Position numbers and translations under genes: made by a program
In this document: piece by piece, positions 26,777-32,000 of the stretch
How the letters are laid out: each line of letters starts with the position of its first letter
Position numbering within the stretch: the first letter of the stretch is position 1
Assembly: GCF_000383295.1 (NCBI RefSeq)
Contig: NZ_KB911066.1
Location: 546,836 to 578,835 of the forward strand
DNA from: Faecalispora sporosphaeroides DSM 1294
Lineage (GTDB): Bacteria; Bacillota; Clostridia; Oscillospirales; Acutalibacteraceae
Direction of reading: 5' to 3'
Length of the DNA stretch: 32,000 nt
Notes under the pieces: model-generated
Databases searched by the model: none
Told to the model about the DNA's origin: nothing
Seen by the model: the letters and a program-made list of their open reading frames with translations, nothing else

Positions 26777-27673
26777 TTATGTTATGCAGGATAGCTTGGC
26801 GCTGAGCACCTCCTCCCGCCATGGGATGGAGGGAATGGCTCCCTTGCGGGAAACCGCCAGAGAGGACGCGATGGACGCAAGCCGCAGGCATTCCTGCGGG
26901 GAATCACCCCTTGCGACCCCGGAGAAGAAATAGCCGGTAAAGGTATCCCCCGCCGCTGTGGTGTCCACCACGGGAACGTTGTAAATACCGTGGTAAAAGC
27001 GCTGCCTGCCAGCCTGATACACCGCTCCGGCTTTCCCTAAGGTTAAAACGGTGTGAACCTGCGGGTACCGCTTTTGAATCTGCTCGAGTACGGCATCGGG
27101 ATCACGCTCGCCTGTGATCTGGCTGCCCTCAACCTCGTTCATCATCAGCCAGTGTACCTTGTGAAGATCACATCGCTTCACCGCATCGTCGTACGGGGAA
27201 GGGTTCAGCGCGATTTTCATCTTTCGCTGTGCCGCACGTTCGATGAGATAATCGAGCAGGTTGATCTCATTTTGGAGAAGCAGCAGATCGCCCGCTCCAA
27301 AATGAGAGAGCACTTCGTCGACATACGCTTTCTCATTTCTCCGGTTGGCCCCGCCGAACAGAACAATGCTGTTCTGCCCTTTGCCGCTCACCTGAATGAT
27401 CGCGTTGCCGCTGCGTTCCTCCACAGTACGGATCAGGGAGAAATCCACATGATTTTCTTCGCAGGTCTTGCGGAGCATTCCACCGTCTTCCCCCAGCATT
27501 CCCGCATGGAACACCGTGGCGCCGCCCCGGGCCATCGCAACCGACTGGTTCAGGCCTTTCCCGCCGGGGTAGACATTCAGCTGCGTGGAGGAGATCGTTT
27601 CGCCGGGGGCGACGATGTGATCTACGGAATAAACATAATCAATATTGAGCGAACCAAAGTTCAGGATTTTCAT
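26777..27673 (-). CDS. PfkB-family carbohydrate kinase, ribokinase-like
   Basis: MKILNFGSLNIDYVYSVDHIVAPGETISSTQLNVYPGGKGLNQSVAMARGG, HAGMLGEDG, LTLGKAGAVY, VVDTTAAGDTFTGYFFSG. AAGGAGG before 27673. Confidence 0.93.
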   Translation of the reverse strand: MKILNFGSLNIDYVYSVDHIVAPGETISSTQLNVYPGGKGLNQSVAMARGGATVFHAGMLGEDGGMLRKTCEENHVDFSLIRTVEERSGNAIIQVSGKGQNSIVLFGGANRRNEKAYVDEVLSHFGAGDLLLLQNEINLLDYLIERAAQRKMKIALNPSPYDDAVKRCDLHKVHWLMMNEVEGSQITGERDPDAVLEQIQKRYPQVHTVLTLGKAGAVYQAGRQRFYHGIYNVPVVDTTAAGDTFTGYFFSGVARGDSPQECLRLASIASSLAVSRKGAIPSIPWREEVLSAKLSCIT

Positions 27674-27874
27674 TCGATTTCCTCCTTTCTTTCCAGCAAA
27701 GCACTGTTTTATCATCAATTCACTTTAGTATGGGCCAATGCAGCTGCCAAGGTCTATTCCCCGCCTGCGGTGGAGAAAGAGACCAATGATTGCTTTAAAG
27801 CCTTTGTTACTGTGCGGCGTTTCTTTCTTTTCGCTTCATTTCCTAGAAAGACGCAGCCGGTAAGCCGACAGATC

Positions 27875-28192
27875 TTATATCTCTACCAGCAGCTCCATCA
27901 GCGGGGCGTGCTGCTGCGCGCCGTATACGTCTCTGTCAAAGCTGGTGCCGGATGAAATCCGGCGGGCAAACGTGATCTTGAACCCGAGCGCCGGGTCAAA
28001 AAACACGATGTTGGTGATCAGGCTTTCGGGAATGTGATACAGCTCTGCCACCAGCGCACGGTTGATGACACCGCTTTCTTTGATCTTCCGGTAGATTTGT
28101 TCGTCGTCGAACAGGCAGTCCAGCGTCATTTCAAAGGGCCCGCTGTTTTTGGAGCGCAGCACCTTCGCGCATTCATACAGCCGCTTTTTCAT
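27875..28192 (-). CDS. DUF4387-family protein
   Basis: MKKRLYECAKVLRSKNSGPFEMTLDCLFDDEQIYRKIKESGVINRALVAELYHIPESLITNIVFFDPALGFKITFARR. ATGA overlap with the upstream AtuA-like gene. Confidence 0.8.
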   Translation of the reverse strand: MKKRLYECAKVLRSKNSGPFEMTLDCLFDDEQIYRKIKESGVINRALVAELYHIPESLITNIVFFDPALGFKITFARRISSGTSFDRDVYGAQQHAPLMELLVEI

Positions 28193-29565
28193 TGCGCGCC
28201 GCCCCCTTTCCATTCTTCCACAGGGAACATCTCTTCCCCGTCCCGCACATCCATCAGGTGGTACAGAGAAAATTCGTATACCCTGCCGAAGGGCACGTCG
28301 CTCGGCGCAAACGGAAACGCCAGATTCCCCGCCGTGGATTTGCGGCCCTCGTACCCGTAATGCAGAAACGTAGAGCGCACCGTGGAGCAGATGGTATCGG
28401 CCAGCTCCTGCGTTTTGGCGATTACCTCGAACACCACGCCCACCTCATGCGGAAGGTCGCGGCAGGGCTCCATCTCGCCCATCACGCCGTTGATGCCGTA
28501 ATTGATAAAGTTGATTTGGTACTCGCTTTCGTTTACATCGCTGTAATAGTCGCGCACCTGTGCTTTTACCTTATCCTGCACCTCTTCCAGCCGGCCGATC
28601 AAAAGCGGGTCGCGGATACCGGCCACGACAAAGGTGCGAAACGCAACCGGCATGGCCCCTTCCAGCTTGATGCGGTAGGGATTGGTTTTCTCGATTCGGC
28701 TGCCGGTAACAAAAACGCTTCGCCCATCCTCGAGCTCGGTAAAGGTGCAGTGCTCCAGATTCAGCACAATGCCGGGGCCGTGCAGAAGATAGGGATGATC
28801 TTTTTCGTAAAAGGTATGGGCCGCAACCGAGGTTTTTGTGCACACCCGGTCTTTCGATAATGGAGTGACGATAAAGCCATCCTCACGGATGACGCCGAGC
28901 ATGCAGTCCTTGGTGGTGCCGGGCTGTGCGCACAGCGCCGCGCATTCCAGAATTTTGCCCGCGTGGTAGCCGTAGGCCAAATCGAACCCGTGGAACACGG
29001 CAACGGCGGCAAAGGGCGAGGGATCGTAGGCGCGGCCGCAGACGATGATGTCCGCCCCCTGCTCCAGCGCCCGCACAATCGGCTCATGGCCCATTTGCGC
29101 CACGATGCCCGTTGTTTTCTCAATGCGCTCCGGGGTGAGCTCGCCCACGGTCAGGCCCAGCGGGTCGATCTTCCCCTCGCTCAGGCGCTGCTTGACGACC
29201 TCTTTCTCTATATCGGCCCAAATGACGGTGAGCTTCAGATGCCGGAGCTCGTGCTCCTTTAATATTTCCTCTATGATCGAAAGCGTCCACTCCACGTGAA
29301 CGCGGCCTCCCGCCCCACCGGCGGAACCGATCACCACCGGAATCTTCGCCCTGGCGCCGTTCGTGATCATAATTTCCAAATCCTTTTTGCAGGCACGGCG
29401 GCTGACGATTGCCACCCCGGCCCCAAGCTTATGGGGGCCGGCGTCCGTGCTGCCCGCATCCACCACAATCGCGTCGGGATTCATTGCCATCCCGTTCAGA
29501 AAAGAGCTTTCCGGAAATCCATACCCGAGGATTCCGCAGGGGGAAAGCAGCCTGAGCTCTTTCAT
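28189..29565 (-). CDS. AtuA-like (DUF1446) acyclic-terpene-utilisation family protein
   Basis: ILGYGFPESSFLNGMAMNPDAIVVDAGSTDAGPHKLGAG, VVIGSAGGAGGRVHVEWTLSII, MGHEPIVRALEQGADIIVCGRAYDPSPFAAVA, LNLEHCTFTELED. Confidence 0.82.
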   Translation of the reverse strand: MKELRLLSPCGILGYGFPESSFLNGMAMNPDAIVVDAGSTDAGPHKLGAGVAIVSRRACKKDLEIMITNGARAKIPVVIGSAGGAGGRVHVEWTLSIIEEILKEHELRHLKLTVIWADIEKEVVKQRLSEGKIDPLGLTVGELTPERIEKTTGIVAQMGHEPIVRALEQGADIIVCGRAYDPSPFAAVAVFHGFDLAYGYHAGKILECAALCAQPGTTKDCMLGVIREDGFIVTPLSKDRVCTKTSVAAHTFYEKDHPYLLHGPGIVLNLEHCTFTELEDGRSVFVTGSRIEKTNPYRIKLEGAMPVAFRTFVVAGIRDPLLIGRLEEVQDKVKAQVRDYYSDVNESEYQINFINYGINGVMGEMEPCRDLPHEVGVVFEVIAKTQELADTICSTVRSTFLHYGYEGRKSTAGNLAFPFAPSDVPFGRVYEFSLYHLMDVRDGEEMFPVEEWKGGGAQ

Positions 29566-29567
29566 GT

Positions 29568-31670
29568 TTATTCCTCCTTTACGGTGAAATCTCCAAAGGC
29601 GGTGCGGCCGATGCTCAGCGAACCACAGCCGAACATGCCGTATTCATAGGAATCGTCTTTGGCGGAAAGCATCTCTTTCCCGTCGACCAAAAGGGTGATC
29701 GTATCGCCAACGGCTTTGAGCGAGAGCTCATAAGCCTGCTCCTGCTCCCACCCGAACGCGGCGCTGCCGAGCTCGCGGTAGCCAAAATCATTTTTGTACA
29801 GCTTCACGGTTCCGTCCGCGGCGAGACCTCCGGCGTAGCCGCGCATCGCGCCCTGCGCGCGGATGGTAAGCAGGTGGCTGTCGCCGTTGAGCGGCGTAAC
29901 CGGGGCCGTAACGGTGTAATCCGCCGCGTAGTAATTGCCCGCGTAGGCAAAGGCCGGCTCGCAGCGCATCAAAAGCAGCCGGCTGCCCTCCAGATCCCAC
30001 GCGCCGTGGTCGAACGAGAAGGGCGTCACGCAGCCAAACTCCGTTTTCTGCTTCGCGAGGGCAATGCGGTACTCGCTCTTCCCGGTAATCGAGAAATCAT
30101 CCAGATACAGCATTCCGAGTGTTTTGGATTTTGCCGGGGAGTAGCCTTCGATCACGATACCGACCTCATCGACCATATCGCCGTCGGTATCCGGAATCCG
30201 GAAGGAAACCTCCAGCCATTTGCCCTGCTGAAGCTTGATGTAGCCCTGCAGATGATCCTTTTTATCGCTGGTGGTGCGCACGTAAGGCGCGATGCCGATG
30301 GTCTCCCAGCCGTTCCACTGGTCCAAATACAGCTTCATGGAAACGATCTGGCCCGGGTAGGCGGTCGGCGTGAAAACAGGGCTGTACCGCTCATCTGAAA
30401 AATCGTCGCGGCGGTAGAACGGCTTGTAAAACAGCTTGCACTGGTGGCCGCGCTCCATGCGGTCCACCAGCACCTTCAAAGAGCCGGTGCCGCTTGCCGC
30501 CTGCTCGGTGGAATGCCAGGTGCGGCAGAAGAACGGGTCGGACACGCGCATGTTGTGCGTGGAGCCGGGCAGCTCAAAATCGAAATGAACCTCGCCCTGA
30601 CGATAGGAATCGCTGATTTCGGCGGGCATCTCTTCCCCTGCAATACGGTAGCCCAAAGCGGCGACCTCTTTGCAGTAGGTGGGGACATCCAGAATATTCA
30701 GGTAACCGGAAATACCGGAAAGCACAAGACCGTCATTGATCGGGCCGCGGTAGCGCTCCGGCAGCCCATCGATGCCGCACGCCACGCCCAGCACAGTGCC
30801 GACGTTCCCGGCGTTGCAGTCGGTATCCCACCCGCACATGGTGGCAATCTCCACCGTGCGCGCAAAATTCCCCTGCCCATACGCCATTGCTAGGATGCAC
30901 ACACCGGCGTTCGGAATGATATGGCATACTCCGCCGTATTTGTCGTAGCCCCAGTCGTCCACCAGCATCTGGTGGCAGGCCCGCCAGTCCTCCGGGTGCT
31001 CTGCGTGGAAACGCAGTACCGCGTCGGCAACCCGTCGGTACAGGGAGTCCTCCGGGATTTCCGCAAACCCGGCGCTCATGATCTCGTTGATGTCGCTGGT
31101 TTCAAATGCCTTTGCAATTGCGGCGCAGAAGAAGCGCGCCCCGTAAACGCCCTCACCGTCGTGAGAAACGCTGGCCGCCGCCGCGCCGTACTCCGCCGCG
31201 CGGTGCGGCTCGCAGGGGTTGACCAGACCCCATGTATCAATAAAGATCTGCCCGCCAATCTGCTCGGCAATCGTCTTGCCGTTCTGCTGGATCGAGCCGG
31301 AGCGCGGAGCGGGAATGCCCGCCTTCAGGTTCAGGTACGCGGTGTGCTCGGTGCTGCGGCCATAGCCGCCCCACCAGAACATGCCCACGCCTTCGCGCGC
31401 ATAATTCAGCCAAGCTCTGGCCACATCCTGCGGTTCCAACGGACGGTCAGCCGCGTCATCGTACAGCGCTCTTAAAAAATAAACAGGGCCGTTTACATCG
31501 TCGTCGGCTGCGAAATTTTTAAAGTCCTTTACATAGTCCGTAATCTCTCCATATGTATTTCGGATGCGCTCATAGGTCCAAATGGTCGGTTCCACCGGAG
31601 CGCCGAGCCGAATGCCGATGTTCATTCCCAAAAATCCGGAATAAACCTTTTCGAGATAATCCTTGATCAT
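29568..31670 (-). CDS. ADP-ribosylglycohydrolase-family protein with ~330-aa C-terminal beta-rich extension
   Basis: GFLGMNIGIRLGAPVEP, DFKNFAADDDVNGPVYFLRAL, MCGWDTDCNAGNVGTVLGVACG (DraG/ADPRH-type acidic metal-binding motifs). Start MIKDYLEKV at 31670 after GGGAGG; 31694 is in-frame upstream. Confidence 0.87.
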   Translation of the reverse strand: MIKDYLEKVYSGFLGMNIGIRLGAPVEPTIWTYERIRNTYGEITDYVKDFKNFAADDDVNGPVYFLRALYDDAADRPLEPQDVARAWLNYAREGVGMFWWGGYGRSTEHTAYLNLKAGIPAPRSGSIQQNGKTIAEQIGGQIFIDTWGLVNPCEPHRAAEYGAAAASVSHDGEGVYGARFFCAAIAKAFETSDINEIMSAGFAEIPEDSLYRRVADAVLRFHAEHPEDWRACHQMLVDDWGYDKYGGVCHIIPNAGVCILAMAYGQGNFARTVEIATMCGWDTDCNAGNVGTVLGVACGIDGLPERYRGPINDGLVLSGISGYLNILDVPTYCKEVAALGYRIAGEEMPAEISDSYRQGEVHFDFELPGSTHNMRVSDPFFCRTWHSTEQAASGTGSLKVLVDRMERGHQCKLFYKPFYRRDDFSDERYSPVFTPTAYPGQIVSMKLYLDQWNGWETIGIAPYVRTTSDKKDHLQGYIKLQQGKWLEVSFRIPDTDGDMVDEVGIVIEGYSPAKSKTLGMLYLDDFSITGKSEYRIALAKQKTEFGCVTPFSFDHGAWDLEGSRLLLMRCEPAFAYAGNYYAADYTVTAPVTPLNGDSHLLTIRAQGAMRGYAGGLAADGTVKLYKNDFGYRELGSAAFGWEQEQAYELSLKAVGDTITLLVDGKEMLSAKDDSYEYGMFGCGSLSIGRTAFGDFTVKEE

Positions 31671-31783
31671 TTTGTAGCCTCCCAATCGTTTCACTTATTG
31701 ACGGCAATGCCGCTAGAAAAGCCGTTGTTTTTACACAGACTCCCTTTGCAAGCGGATGCATTTTAAGAAACCGGTTACTCAGT

Positions 31784-31812
31784 ATTATACTCATTCTTTT
31801 GTCGCTTTTCAA
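31784..31812 (-). promoter_or_regulatory. Promoter of leftward operon E
   Basis: On the minus strand: TTGAAA (31812-31807), 17-bp spacer, TATAAT (31789-31784). Confidence 0.7.
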
Positions 31813-31895
31813 GAGGCGTTATCCATAAAAATACGATAATTCTATGGTTATTGTCCTTAAATTTCTGTGGGAATCGGGAATAAAAAAGAAACCGC

Positions 31896-31925
31896 TTGCT
31901 TTTTGTTTCTCAGTTTGTTTATAAT
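31896..31925 (+). promoter_or_regulatory. Possible rightward promoter for a gene beyond the window
   Basis: TTGCTT (31896-31901), 18-bp spacer, TATAAT (31920-31925). No rightward gene is visible before the window ends. Confidence 0.45.
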
Positions 31926-32000
31926 AGGACAAAAGAAAGTTGCAGGCGCAGCGCGTTTGAGGCGCCTGGATTCGGCCGTTTGGAGGGAAAAGCATGCAGA

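Noticed and set aside
29568-31670. Possible defence or toxin-antitoxin system (DarG-like ADP-ribosyl glycohydrolase)
   Set aside because: The motifs are DraG/ADPRH-type rather than macrodomain, no DarT-like toxin or other ADP-ribosyltransferase is adjacent, and the neighbours are metabolic.
1-32000. Mobile element, prophage, CRISPR array, tRNA or rRNA content
   Set aside because: No transposase, integrase or phage protein among the ORFs, no regularly spaced repeats and no recognisable structural RNA gene by eye. A tRNAscan-SE/Infernal run would be needed to exclude small RNAs formally.

Overview
The window looks like bacterial accessory metabolism, probably from a Clostridia-type Firmicute (an inference from gene content and codon style, not tested). 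It is densely packed with protein-coding genes. I see no rRNA, tRNA, CRISPR array, transposase, integrase or phage gene. The layout is: (A) 3-7587 (+), a catabolic operon with a 5'-truncated PdxA-family dehydrogenase, a TIM-barrel isomerase, an Asp/Glu-racemase-family protein, split transketolase halves, a second TIM-barrel isomerase, a D-2-hydroxyacid dehydrogenase and a glycerate kinase. (B) 7852-13619 (-), an aldo/keto reductase, an Rbs-type sugar ABC importer and a LacI-family regulator. (C) 14225-24073 (+), an M20 amidohydrolase (AllC-like), a TRZ/ATZ-HutF-like amidohydrolase, the two aconitase-X subunits, a second D-2-hydroxyacid dehydrogenase, an Ssu/Tau/NitT-type ABC importer, a HutD/Ves-family protein and an RpiR-family regulator. 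(D) 24310-26475 (+), Tex. (E) 26777-31670 (-), a ribokinase-family kinase, DUF4387, an AtuA/DUF1446 protein and an ADP-ribosylglycohydrolase-family protein with a long C-terminal extension. The strongest candidates for undescribed biology are the pathways encoded by C, E and A, and a promoter-terminator leader (13992-14100) ahead of operon C that looks like a transcription attenuator or a small RNA. All family calls come from recognising motifs in the translated sequence; no database search was run.
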